A DNA stretch of 55,574 nt, taken from a virus (lineage: Duplodnaviria; Caudoviricetes). The position numbers and the translations under genes are program-made. Under the pieces are notes generated by a model. The model was not told where the DNA came from. It did no database searches and saw nothing but the letters and a program-made list of their open reading frames with translations. This document shows positions 26,880-35,886 of the stretch, piece after piece (position 1 is the stretch's first letter; every line of letters begins with the position of its first letter). The stretch lies in IMG/VR virus record IMGVR_UViG_3300002053_000020, positions 1 to 55,574 of that record; one strand, given 5' to 3'.

Positions 26880-27015
26880 TATAATGGTTTTGACCTTATA
26901 GTTCCTAGTAAGTAACTAAGTTAAAATAAAAACAACTTATGCTTAGTAGTTAAGAAAATAATATAGTTGAATTAGTTCTTAGTAGTTATTAGTTCCTAGT
27001 AAGATAGTTAACTAT
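26880..27015. repeat. AT-rich region with iteron-like repeats, putative replication origin
   Basis: TAGTTCCTAGTAAG at 26899-26912 and 26990-27003; variants TAGTTCTTAGTAGT (26973) and CTTAGTAGTT (26942); divergent intergenic region before the primase-helicase. Confidence 0.6.
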
Positions 27016-27064
27016 TTGCCAGAGGTACGCCTACAGTTAGGCTACCTCTTTTTTTTTGTACCGC

Positions 27065-27093
27065 TTGACAAGAAATTTTTCTCATCCTACATT
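27065..27093 (+). promoter_or_regulatory. Sigma70-type promoter of the primase-helicase (leaderless)
   Basis: TTGACA-17 bp-TACATT; ATG at 27100 begins 7 nt after the -10 box. Confidence 0.7.
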
Positions 27094-27099
27094 TCGCCT

Positions 27100-28794
27100 A
27101 TGAACTTTTCTGACGTAGGTATCCATATCAGAGCAGGGGCGCACGGACAGGTGAAGACGACCTGCCCACAGTGTAGCCCTACTCGCAAGAAGAAGAATTA
27201 CCCATGCCTCAATGTCAACGTCGATGATGGTGTCTGGAATTGTTGGCACTGTGGCTGGAGTGGTAAGTTGAAAAACCCTGACCCTGTTAGAAGGAAGCCG
27301 ATGGAAGCAAAGCCTAAGGTAGCACCAAACTTCAAGCCTCAACTGCTGGATGAAGAGGCACTCAAGTATCTCGAAGCGCGTGGCATTACCCCCGAGGTAG
27401 CAGCGCGTAACCAAATATCCCTCGCAACAAAGTGGATGCCGCAGCGCGAAGCTGAAGTCAAGTGCATCGCGTTCCCTTACCTGAGAGATGGCAAGGTAGT
27501 CAATGTCAAGTATCGGGATAAACACAAGTACTTTACTCAAGAGTCGGGTGCAGAAAGGACGTGGTTCAAGTATGACGATATCAACCCAAAGGAAACGATT
27601 ATCACAGAAGGCGAGTTCGATGCTCTCGCTCTTGAGGTTGCGGGTTTTCGTAATGGAATATCTGTCCCTGATGGGGCACCGACATCCACGGCGAAGAATC
27701 TCACACAGAAGTTCTCGTTCCTCGATGTGGAGGATGAGAGGATTGATGCGGTGGAGAAGTTCATCATCGCTGTTGATGCCGATGGCCCGGGGAGGAAACT
27801 CGAAGAGGAATTGGCACGTCGCTTGGGCAAGGAGCGGTGCTATACGGTTAGGTGGCCCGAGGGTTGCAAGGATGCTAATGACGTACTTGTAGAACATGGG
27901 TCTGAAGCTCTTGCCAAAATAATAAAAGAGGCACAACCCTATCCGGTTGACGGTATCTTCGAACTGGCTGACATGTCGGTTGACCTTGACGAGATATACG
28001 AGAAGGGATTGCCTGCTGGCCTGACAACAGGGTGGGCAAACGTCGATGACTTCTACCGTCCAATGGAGGGGCAATGGACTCTGGTGACAGGGGTGCCCGG
28101 GATGGGTAAGTCGGAGTGGCTCGATGCCTTAGTCATGAACATGTCGCAAGAACACTTCTGGGTTACAGGCGTATGCTCACCAGAGAACCAGCCCATTAGC
28201 TTCCATGCTAGTAAGTTGATGGAGAAGTATGCTGGAAAGCGGTTGCATAAAATGACAAGAGAAGAGTATGATGCGGCGAAAGAGTGGGTTAATACGTTCT
28301 TTAAGTTCATCTTGCCTGAGGATCGTACACTTGAATCATTGTTGTCAAAAGCGAAACTCTTAGTCAAGAGGTACGGCATGAAGGGTTTGATCATCGACCC
28401 TTACAATGAGATCACCCATACCCATAGGAAGGAAGGCATCAGTGAGACTGAGTATATCTCCGAGTTCTTGGCGCAACTTCGTGGGTTCTGCCGGAGCATG
28501 GGAGTCCATATCTGGCTGGTCGCGCACCCTACGAAACTTCAAAAGGGTATTGACGGTAGGTACCCTGTTCCCACAGGATATGACGTTGCAGGTTCAGCGC
28601 ACTTCTTCAACAAGGCAGACAACATCATCGCAGTACACAGAGACAAAAGTAATCCTGACGCCCCGAGTGAGATCCATATCCAGAAGATTCGATCGAGGTG
28701 GTTAGGTCAGTTAGGTCAGACTAACCTGACTTGGGAGAGAACGAGCGGCAAGTACAACACTCCGATCAATTATGTCGGTGACTTCATGAGGTGA
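27100..28794 (+). CDS. Twinkle / T7 gp4-like DNA primase-helicase
   Basis: Zn finger CPQC...CWHC; TOPRIM motifs EGEFD, DAD and KDAND; SF4 helicase motifs GVPGMGKS, IIDPYN, VAHP and KIR. Confidence 0.92.
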   Translation: MNFSDVGIHIRAGAHGQVKTTCPQCSPTRKKKNYPCLNVNVDDGVWNCWHCGWSGKLKNPDPVRRKPMEAKPKVAPNFKPQLLDEEALKYLEARGITPEVAARNQISLATKWMPQREAEVKCIAFPYLRDGKVVNVKYRDKHKYFTQESGAERTWFKYDDINPKETIITEGEFDALALEVAGFRNGISVPDGAPTSTAKNLTQKFSFLDVEDERIDAVEKFIIAVDADGPGRKLEEELARRLGKERCYTVRWPEGCKDANDVLVEHGSEALAKIIKEAQPYPVDGIFELADMSVDLDEIYEKGLPAGLTTGWANVDDFYRPMEGQWTLVTGVPGMGKSEWLDALVMNMSQEHFWVTGVCSPENQPISFHASKLMEKYAGKRLHKMTREEYDAAKEWVNTFFKFILPEDRTLESLLSKAKLLVKRYGMKGLIIDPYNEITHTHRKEGISETEYISEFLAQLRGFCRSMGVHIWLVAHPTKLQKGIDGRYPVPTGYDVAGSAHFFNKADNIIAVHRDKSNPDAPSEIHIQKIRSRWLGQLGQTNLTWERTSGKYNTPINYVGDFMR

Positions 28795-28797
28795 CAA

Positions 28798-29037
28798 ATG
28801 GTAGAGCAAAAGGTAATGGTTCCACAGCCAGATGGAACTGAGCAAGAGATGACTGTAGTCTTTATGGATGGATGCTTCGATGGCATGCTGGAAGATGGTG
28901 TTACCCCAGAAGAGCTAGAGAGTATACGTCAAGAGATTTTGCATGCGATTCAGTCTGGTAAGTTCTTTGAAGAGAGTGAGCCCGTGGAGGATGAGGAGTG
29001 GGAACAGATAACGCAGAAGATAAACCAAAGACAGTAG
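28798..29037 (+). CDS. Small acidic hypothetical protein
   Basis: SD GAGGTG; follows the helicase. Confidence 0.6.
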   Translation: MVEQKVMVPQPDGTEQEMTVVFMDGCFDGMLEDGVTPEELESIRQEILHAIQSGKFFEESEPVEDEEWEQITQKINQRQ

Positions 29038-29267
29038 TCCCTCTGCATAAGACCGACCTTCGCAAAGAGAGGACAGATGAATGCAATGAGGTTCTTGATG
29101 ATGTGAAGGAATGGATTGCAGAAAACGGTGGCGCTGACGAGGTTCTTGTGTGGGTTAGGTATGGCACGAACTTCAGAAGATTCAATTCACCTGTTGATGA
29201 TGTCGTCAATTTGATAGGCAGGATAGAGATGCACAAGGATGATCTCATGCAATGGATGAAGTCCTAA
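28998..29267 (+). CDS. Hypothetical protein
   Basis: SD GAGGAG before GTG. Confidence 0.55.
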   Translation: MGTDNAEDKPKTVVPLHKTDLRKERTDECNEVLDDVKEWIAENGGADEVLVWVRYGTNFRRFNSPVDDVVNLIGRIEMHKDDLMQWMKS

Positions 29268-29554
29268 TGTTCAGAAACAAAAAGCTTTTAGCCTTAGCCG
29301 AGGGTATGCCGTGCGTCATGTGCGGGAATCATGATGGCACAGTAGTAGCGGCGCACAGTAACCTGCTGGAACATGGTAAGGGCAGAGGGCTCAAGGCACA
29401 CGATGGTATGGCTGCATGGCTGTGCTATCGGTGCCACACTGAATACGATCAAGGTTCGCAGATGACCAAGGCAGAGAGACGAGAGTACATCCTGACAGCA
29501 ATCTGCAAAACCTACATGGAACTATGGAATAGAGAGTTGATAGAGGTGAAGTGA
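29267..29554 (+). CDS. DUF1364 / YbcO-like HNH-type zinc-binding nuclease
   Basis: CVMC...VVAAHSN...GKG.GLKAHD...WLCYRCH. Confidence 0.75.
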   Translation: MFRNKKLLALAEGMPCVMCGNHDGTVVAAHSNLLEHGKGRGLKAHDGMAAWLCYRCHTEYDQGSQMTKAERREYILTAICKTYMELWNRELIEVK

Positions 29555-29775
29555 TGTTCTACCTACCGCCGGCACTAAAGAAGGATGATGCTATCAGGAT
29601 GGCAAAACAAATCTTGCTTGAGATGAACGGCGGAAAAGAACACTCAATGATGGAACAGGCTATCCAGTCCTTTGCAACAATGATCGAAGGGATAGAGCGT
29701 TACGAGTGTATAAAGATATTAACAAAGCACAATGATATTCAGGGTGCGCTTGACGAGATTAAGAGGAGAGGATAG
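29551..29775 (+). CDS. Hypothetical protein
   Basis: GTGA-coupled ORF. Confidence 0.5.
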   Translation: MMFYLPPALKKDDAIRMAKQILLEMNGGKEHSMMEQAIQSFATMIEGIERYECIKILTKHNDIQGALDEIKRRG

Positions 29776-29776
29776 T

Positions 29777-29911
29777 ATGAAACATGAAGAGATCAGAACA
29801 GAGACGGATGTCCCGCTTGCAGAGAAAGCGCGTTGCTTCGTTGATGATGTACTGCGAATCTTATGGCTGCTGGTTTTGATTGGCTGGCTTTATCACGGGT
29901 GGAACCTATGA
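29777..29911 (+). CDS. 44-aa membrane peptide (not in the ORF track)
   Basis: MKHEEIRTETDVPLAEKARCFVDDVLRILWLLVLIGWLYHGWNL; SD GAGGA; ATGA overlap with the next gene. Confidence 0.5.
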   Translation: MKHEEIRTETDVPLAEKARCFVDDVLRILWLLVLIGWLYHGWNL

Positions 29912-30153
29912 CCGCAGAGCTTTGGAATGAAGAAGAACACGGCGTAAGCTACGAGGATTTATCTGCTGCGTGTGCTGAATACATGTCGCTCATCACGATG
30001 CTGTGTACTCTGCTCAGGGCATATCGCGCTACGCAGGATGAAAACTTAATACATATCATGGATCATCTTTTGTATGACTACGATGTGAACGACCCAGATT
30101 ATTTTGATGACGAGCCACAGGCCGATGGGGATGATGATGGCAATAGACATTGA
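29908..30153 (+). CDS. Hypothetical acidic protein
   Basis: ATGA-coupled start (MTAELW). Confidence 0.5.
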   Translation: MTAELWNEEEHGVSYEDLSAACAEYMSLITMLCTLLRAYRATQDENLIHIMDHLLYDYDVNDPDYFDDEPQADGDDDGNRH

Positions 30154-30478
30154 AAGCTTAATGCACGAATACCGGCAGACGATCAAGGATTATTCTGCTG
30201 CCAAGGCTAGGCGAACCTACATTGAGGAGTTCCGCAAGAGTAAGTTTGCTTTGCTTATGAAGGAAGCTGATCGTCAAGGGTTCAAGACCGCGGCTGCTCA
30301 GGAGCGAGAGGCTTATTCTGCTGATGAGTACATCGAGTTCCTTGATGGGCTACAGGCAGCGGTTGAAGCGGAAGAAAGATTGCGATATGATCTTCGTGCA
30401 ATAGAGATGCAAGCTGAGGTATGGCGTACGCATCGTGCCGATGAACGATTTGAAAAGAAAGCTTATGCCAGCAGTTAA
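30131..30478 (+). CDS. Conserved phage coiled-coil protein
   Basis: EEFRKSK.A.LM...AAQEREAY...Y...AVE.EE...EVWRT pattern. Confidence 0.6.
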   Translation: MMMAIDIESLMHEYRQTIKDYSAAKARRTYIEEFRKSKFALLMKEADRQGFKTAAAQEREAYSADEYIEFLDGLQAAVEAEERLRYDLRAIEMQAEVWRTHRADERFEKKAYASS

Positions 30479-30890
30479 AGGAACTGCCCAACCTAGACGT
30501 ACGCGGAATGTGGCAAACCGAGACCCATCTACAACAGAGAAGCGTGGTTATGGGTGGAAGCCAATGTGCTTCAAGACTTACGATCAATACAAAGACTACA
30601 TCCACCTGATGCGTCAGGCGTCGAACCCTAAGGATAACGGCGTGTGCATAGACTGTACGCCGGAGTTCAAGGCAGAGATGATGGAGTGCGGCAAGTGCGA
30701 GCACCCAGAGACACGGTTTGTTCTGTGGAAGAATGAAATCGAGGGCGAGGTCGAGATGGTTGGAATTAGTTCCGAGAGCCGATACTGGCGCAGGATTCAG
30801 CGTGGCGTGACCATCTTGAATTGGGGGCAGGACGAGGATGACACAGTGCCACTTGATGTGGAGGGAATGATAGGTGCCAATAAACAGTAG
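30465..30890 (+). CDS. Hypothetical Cys-containing protein
   Basis: PMCF...CIDCTP...M...KCEHP putative metal site. Confidence 0.55.
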   Translation: MPAVKGTAQPRRTRNVANRDPSTTEKRGYGWKPMCFKTYDQYKDYIHLMRQASNPKDNGVCIDCTPEFKAEMMECGKCEHPETRFVLWKNEIEGEVEMVGISSESRYWRRIQRGVTILNWGQDEDDTVPLDVEGMIGANKQ

Positions 30891-31275
30891 AGCTAAGGGC
30901 AAGTCAGCAGAGAGGGAAGTTATCAATCTGCTACAACCATTGCTTCCTCATCTGAAGCTGGAAAGAAACCTAGACCAAACTCGGGACGGTGGGTATGACA
31001 TTAAAGGAATGGGCAGATGGGCAGCGGAAGTCAAGAGATACGCGGAGGTTGCGCCGGGGGACTTCAAGAGATTCTGGAAGCAAACCCTTGAGCAAGCGCA
31101 CGGAGTCGGCAAGTGGCCTGTCCTATTTATTAGAGAGGATAGGAGAGATTGGGTGGTATATGTTCGGCTCGAAGATATCTGTGATGGTAGACTTGATAAT
31201 GATGATTGGTGTGTTGTTGGTCTTAGTATGGATGGGTTTGTCAAAGTTTTTAAACTGACGGATTGGGAGATATAG
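30874..31275 (+). CDS. Holliday junction resolvase-like PD-(D/E)XK nuclease
   Basis: SRAKGKSAERE...GGYDI...AEVKR...W.Q...PVL..R.DR..W. Confidence 0.8.
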   Translation: MPINSRAKGKSAEREVINLLQPLLPHLKLERNLDQTRDGGYDIKGMGRWAAEVKRYAEVAPGDFKRFWKQTLEQAHGVGKWPVLFIREDRRDWVVYVRLEDICDGRLDNDDWCVVGLSMDGFVKVFKLTDWEI

Positions 31276-31308
31276 TATGCGATACGACGAAATCTTAGAA
31301 GGCGAATA

Positions 31309-31794
31309 ATGTTTCGATCACCCGATCAGGCGCTAGCCTTTGCCTTTCGCATGAGGAATAGTTCTGTCATCAGCATACCTAGTGCAACATACATTGCCAA
31401 TAAGACTGACAATGAAAGCACAAGTGATAGGCTGACGCAGTACGATCTTCATGCGCAGGTCGGTATGATCTTTAATTTCATAGAGCGACGACCAGAGATG
31501 GAGCAACTCGTCGCTTTTTATTTGCACGGAGCGATCGAGGAGCAAGTCGCAGCCGCAAAAAAAATAACGGCGAAGTTGGGAGATCACTTCCGGAAGTATG
31601 GGTTGACAGATGAACAACTTGTAACTGCTATGTTGGGGAAGACTGTACGAGACGTACGAGACAAGTGCGGACTTACTCAGCACAAGGCGTGGAAGTTCAA
31701 GCGGGAGCTGGCCGATGTGATCCAGCCCCACCTGAATAGCTTGATGGACTCGCTGTGGGATTGGTTGCGAGTATCCGAAGATGATGTAATATAG
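31309..31794 (+). CDS. Putative late-transcription regulator (antiterminator Q-like position)
   Basis: Last gene of the replication block; possible C-terminal HTH; function inferred mainly from position. Confidence 0.45.
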   Translation: MFRSPDQALAFAFRMRNSSVISIPSATYIANKTDNESTSDRLTQYDLHAQVGMIFNFIERRPEMEQLVAFYLHGAIEEQVAAAKKITAKLGDHFRKYGLTDEQLVTAMLGKTVRDVRDKCGLTQHKAWKFKRELADVIQPHLNSLMDSLWDWLRVSEDDVI

Positions 31795-31841
31795 ATACGC
31801 AGTCCTCACGACTGCACCCTTCTATCCTTCACAGGGACTTA

Positions 31842-31883
31842 GCCCCGGGAACTCCATGACAGGAACCCCCGGGGCATCTTTTT
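31842..31883 (+). terminator. Rho-independent terminator between convergent blocks
   Basis: GCCCCGGG...CCCGGGGC stem followed by ATCTTTTT. Confidence 0.7.
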
Positions 31884-32202
31884 AAGAAGACAACTGCTCG
31901 ATCTTCTTTTTCAATTGCCTAGCTGATTGCCACTTAGCATTAGCAACTCTGATGTTATGTGTTGCTTCTGGCGATCGCTTCGTGCCAAAGTCTGATCGAC
32001 GCTTCTTCCGAGGCGAGATCACACGACCAAGCTTATCCTCTCGCCTAGTCTCTTTGGTCATCACCACCTTTTGCTCGATGCTGACAGGCGCTTTGGCTTT
32101 GCGAGGATTGCGCTTTGCCTTAGTCTGAAGGTTCATCTTCTCAAGCTCTTCCTTGATTACCTGCACCATGAGTTTCTTGAATGCTATGTCAAGTGTAGTC
32201 AC
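31882..32202 (-). CDS. Basic hypothetical protein
   Basis: K/R-rich; GTGA-coupled. Confidence 0.55.
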   Translation of the reverse strand: MTTLDIAFKKLMVQVIKEELEKMNLQTKAKRNPRKAKAPVSIEQKVVMTKETRREDKLGRVISPRKKRRSDFGTKRSPEATHNIRVANAKWQSARQLKKKIEQLSS

Positions 32203-32612
32203 GACACTTTCTCCATGAAGATTGAATTTGAACGCCCAGTTTCCGCGATTACTTTACGGATTCTTGGTACTAGGCCACGTTTACGAGCAATGTTAGCAAG
32301 CAGACAAGCTCGCCAGTTATTGCTCGACAAAGAGTTTGATACACGGACTCGGATGGCTTCCCACTGAACCATAGTCATCATGATGAGAAGCTCGGATGGT
32401 TTGGGAGCGCTCAGGTGGTCATTGGCAAATACGCCAACCAAACGCTTACTATCATTGCGGCTTTGACCTATCGACCATCCAGCCTCAGCACTCTCGTCCG
32501 TCATGCACTCGGCTACTCTTACGCCGTTGGTAAGCCAGTACTCTATGTTTCGCTTATTTAAAACTACCTCCGAAGCATATCGGTCTAAGTGCCTAGTCAT
32601 CTTATTGCACAT
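32199..32612 (-). CDS. Hypothetical protein
   Basis: SD AGGAG before MCNKM. Confidence 0.55.
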   Translation of the reverse strand: MCNKMTRHLDRYASEVVLNKRNIEYWLTNGVRVAECMTDESAEAGWSIGQSRNDSKRLVGVFANDHLSAPKPSELLIMMTMVQWEAIRVRVSNSLSSNNWRACLLANIARKRGLVPRIRKVIAETGRSNSIFMEKVS

Positions 32613-33891
32613 AGCTATGGACTCCTTTCGATGTATTAGGTTTAGTAATATCTGCCATCTCAAGCAGCAGCTCTTCGTTCTCTTCCCACATGTCAACGAT
32701 AGCGTCGGCACCCCACTCAGCATCGGTGGCAACACGGTCGCTGATAACTTCTGAAGACCACTTGCTATTCGGGCCTTCATCACCATACAGTTCGTATAGC
32801 AAAGCAGCGCACTTCATTGGGTTCTCGCTGACCCAGCGCACGACACCGTGATAATCTTCGGTCATCATTGCGTTGTAGCAAGAACGGATGATGCGAGCAA
32901 GAACTTCCGTGGATACAAACGGAGAAGCCACTTGACCAGCGTTTGCTTTTGCCTTGGCAACCTTCTGCGCTTCGGTCATGGTGCGGGCTTGGCGAGCAGC
33001 ATTGCCTTTGCCTTTTGCGTTTGGCCTCTTCTTGTTGCGCTTGGTCTTGTTTCTTTGGCTAGCTGATTTACGATCATATTCCAAGGCTTGTTGATACCGC
33101 TGATAAGAGTCCTTGGTTTTCTCATCAGCCAGCGTAGAGGGGGAAACATATCCATCAGCTTCCCAAGCACCGACATCATCATCCACGTCATTCCACAGTT
33201 GCCATGATTTGCTCGAACCGTAGTGATGCTTCTTGCTTGGCGATGTGCTGGCAATCGTCGCCGTGCTAGTAGGATACAGGCTGTGACCTGTGCCAGAGTA
33301 GTAAGACTTCGGAGCACCCCCATAGCCAAACTTCCAAGGAGTCCAAGCATAAGTGTTGGAATACCAGATGCCATCGTACACAACGCCAGCATGCTTGTTC
33401 ACGATAAAGACATTACCCTTGGAATCCATCAAGCCGAACTTGTTTGATGAGCCGATGTGCGAGCCAATGTAGCCGCGTATATATGGATTTGCCAGAGCGT
33501 CTGGTGTTTGCTCCAGCATAGGCTTGATGAAGTCTTTGATGTAGTGCCAAGTGTCAGACATCTTGGGGTTCTCTTTGTTGCCGTAGCTCAGGATACCGTT
33601 GTGAGCCAGCCAAACTTCATCCTTGATAACTTCGTAAGGATGGCAGTTCTCCATGTCGATGTCGCCGTGAGTCTTCATGCGGAAGTGGATGATCGCCTCA
33701 TAGCAAGCAACCTTGTCGTAGTACAGGTCTTCGATTTCTCCCAGTGTGCCAACAGCTTTGTAGACTACGACACCGCGCTCGTCACCATGATTGACGATTG
33801 CGCCGAAACCGTCTGAGTTCTTGGAGTAGAAGTCCTTGAGTTGCTCGGAGGAAAAGCACGCGTCCTTTGGATGATGGATTAAGATGCACAT
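32602..33891 (-). CDS. Class II (Ntn) glutamine amidotransferase with long C-terminal extension
   Basis: N-terminal M-C nucleophile; N.DGFG, IHFR..THG, NCHPY, AHNG and SDT motifs. Confidence 0.88.
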   Translation of the reverse strand: MCILIHHPKDACFSSEQLKDFYSKNSDGFGAIVNHGDERGVVVYKAVGTLGEIEDLYYDKVACYEAIIHFRMKTHGDIDMENCHPYEVIKDEVWLAHNGILSYGNKENPKMSDTWHYIKDFIKPMLEQTPDALANPYIRGYIGSHIGSSNKFGLMDSKGNVFIVNKHAGVVYDGIWYSNTYAWTPWKFGYGGAPKSYYSGTGHSLYPTSTATIASTSPSKKHHYGSSKSWQLWNDVDDDVGAWEADGYVSPSTLADEKTKDSYQRYQQALEYDRKSASQRNKTKRNKKRPNAKGKGNAARQARTMTEAQKVAKAKANAGQVASPFVSTEVLARIIRSCYNAMMTEDYHGVVRWVSENPMKCAALLYELYGDEGPNSKWSSEVISDRVATDAEWGADAIVDMWEENEELLLEMADITKPNTSKGVHSYVQ

Positions 33892-33941
33892 TAGTTAGTT
33901 CCTTTCTGATTGGTTTGTAATTAAATTTTTCAAACTGAAGA

Positions 33942-35528
33942 CTAAGCTGCTTCGCGTTCGTTCGCTGCATGATCGCCTCCGATTGCTAGATAGCTACGAA
34001 GGTTCTTTGTGTCTACTCGATTAGGTGGTAGCTGAATCCATGACTTGTAGCCGTCAGCGTGGAAGTTACTGAGTGACACCGAGCCGGGAGTGCAGAACGT
34101 CATGAGTGAGTTAACAAACTCTAACGCTGCCATCACTGATTCGTAGCGTAATGAACCACGGAATATCCTGAACTCTACCGTTTCTACATTGGTAATATTC
34201 AGGGCCTCGTAACGGTCGGTGCTATGTTTATTGATGACAGTAAACTTAGCAAGCTCTCGTTTGATGCGGGAGTAACCGTTGTCGTAGCGCCGAGCGATCG
34301 AACGAATCAGTTGCTCATTGCGGGAGTCATTGAGGAATGCTTGCATCCGGTAGATCTGAGCCTGTGTAAGGAACTCTCTGCCGACATGAATATGCAAACC
34401 GCAAGCTCCGCCCTCATGTGAACGCAAGCCTTTCTTCAGCGCAGGATTCAGAAGGAACTTGCCCATCCTCTCCCTGTGTATGTCAAGGCCTGCTGGTTGG
34501 GTAACTATCTCGAAGCCTTCGCCAATAGAACCGTCGCGCTCGAAGAAGCAATACTCGCCAAGCTCAAAAGTATTATGATTCAAAGCCTCATGAACAGTGG
34601 CAAGCTTCTTCTGAGTAGTATCGGTATTAGATCTGCACTGAACCTCTAGCTCCATGCCAAAAGCTCTGCGGTTCTGCTTGAACCATGGGCTAGTGATAAT
34701 GTCAAAGCCACGCTGACGTGAGCTATGATAGTTGCCAAGAAGATCGCCGTATGGTTGCCAGTGAATATCTGTGTAGATCTCACGACCACGATGAGTGCGC
34801 TGCGTAAAGTGCGGGTTACGTCGATCGCCAATGTACCTACGTTCTGCGTAGCCATAAATATCTACTGCGAATTCGTAAAGAATCAATGAACTATCAGCGG
34901 CTTGTATACGTTGGAGCTCTCCCGGGGCATTCATAGCAGCTTGGGCACACTCACGGCACACATACTCAGTATGGTCGTAAGTTCTTGCGTTACCTTGGAA
35001 TCGTACACGGCGTGAGCTTTCTTCCCAATGACCGCAAGACTGAAGGGCTAGACCATAAGACTCAGCGAACTTCTCAACGTAGATAAGATTCTGCTGACGT
35101 GAGTCAACTCGTTCGTCATTGTCTCCGTTCTTGATCTTCTCATGCCAGATACTTACAGTCAGGCCAAGATGAGGATTGCCATTGCGTGTGTTGACATTGA
35201 TGCCAGACTTGATTATGTCCATCATGAACCGGAATCGAGGCAAGCCAAGCGATGATGCTCTGCCAAAATCGCATGCCATTTTGATAAATTCATCTGCAAA
35301 TTTATCGGCATAGACTCTATCTATGATTGCTTCATATGTTAGCTGAATGATAAAGAACCACTTGTTCTTTGGTAGATTGCCGCCAGTGCTGCGGCACAAA
35401 GAGTTAAAGGCTTTCGCCGCGTACTTCTTGAATACGATACGGTCAATGTCATCGTACTCATCTTTATCTGCATGCTTAAGCAGATGCAGATGCAGGTTGT
35501 GAACCGTTTGCATTGATGTTGTTGTCAT
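33942..35528 (-). CDS. Putative amidoligase (COOH-NH2 ligase, glutamine synthetase/GCS-like fold)
   Basis: FGMELEV, ERDGSI, FEIVT.P, CGLHIH, RY.ALN and TVEFRIF motifs. Confidence 0.85.
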   Translation of the reverse strand: MTTTSMQTVHNLHLHLLKHADKDEYDDIDRIVFKKYAAKAFNSLCRSTGGNLPKNKWFFIIQLTYEAIIDRVYADKFADEFIKMACDFGRASSLGLPRFRFMMDIIKSGINVNTRNGNPHLGLTVSIWHEKIKNGDNDERVDSRQQNLIYVEKFAESYGLALQSCGHWEESSRRVRFQGNARTYDHTEYVCRECAQAAMNAPGELQRIQAADSSLILYEFAVDIYGYAERRYIGDRRNPHFTQRTHRGREIYTDIHWQPYGDLLGNYHSSRQRGFDIITSPWFKQNRRAFGMELEVQCRSNTDTTQKKLATVHEALNHNTFELGEYCFFERDGSIGEGFEIVTQPAGLDIHRERMGKFLLNPALKKGLRSHEGGACGLHIHVGREFLTQAQIYRMQAFLNDSRNEQLIRSIARRYDNGYSRIKRELAKFTVINKHSTDRYEALNITNVETVEFRIFRGSLRYESVMAALEFVNSLMTFCTPGSVSLSNFHADGYKSWIQLPPNRVDTKNLRSYLAIGGDHAANEREAA

Positions 35529-35886
35529 GCTTCTTCTCCTTCGGGAATGGGATCTTGGTATACGAACCTATCGAGCTGCTCTTCGACATGAACTTCTGAT
35601 CCAGTGCTCGGATAGTTGCGTGATTGAAAACAATGTTCATTAGGGTGCGGACAACTACATCGACCGAGCCCCAATCATCTTGCAAGTCTTCCGATTCAAC
35701 GTCGTCGTAGTAACTGTAGTAACCACGACTTGTCTCGACGCTACAGATGTACACTTCCTCATCATCATAGCTGCACTGAACGCCAAGCTCGTTACGCAGG
35801 AAGTCTCGTACTCGACGTGCATGCTGACTACTTCCGTTAGGCATGAACGCTTGAGCCCAATGCCTAGCTCTAGTTACTGTCGTCAT
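35476..35886 (-). CDS. Hypothetical protein
   Basis: Early-region ORF tiling. Confidence 0.55.
   Translation of the reverse strand: MTTVTRARHWAQAFMPNGSSQHARRVRDFLRNELGVQCSYDDEEVYICSVETSRGYYSYYDDVESEDLQDDWGSVDVVVRTLMNIVFNHATIRALDQKFMSKSSSIGSYTKIPFPKEKKHDNNINANGSQPASASA

Noticed and set aside
27016-27099. Extended N-terminus of the primase-helicase given in the ORF track
   Set aside because: It overlaps the promoter and a poly-T tract. ATG 27100 precedes the Zn finger and fits the promoter.
27082-28074. 330-aa antisense ORF, and similar ones at 50268-51170, 17336-17977 and 51079-51729
   Set aside because: Shadow frames of well-supported genes on the opposite strand, with no recognisable motifs.
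28701-28719. 9-bp tandem repeat TTAGGTCAG in the helicase
   Set aside because: In frame (LGQLGQ) within a normal helicase C-terminal motif; no disruption.
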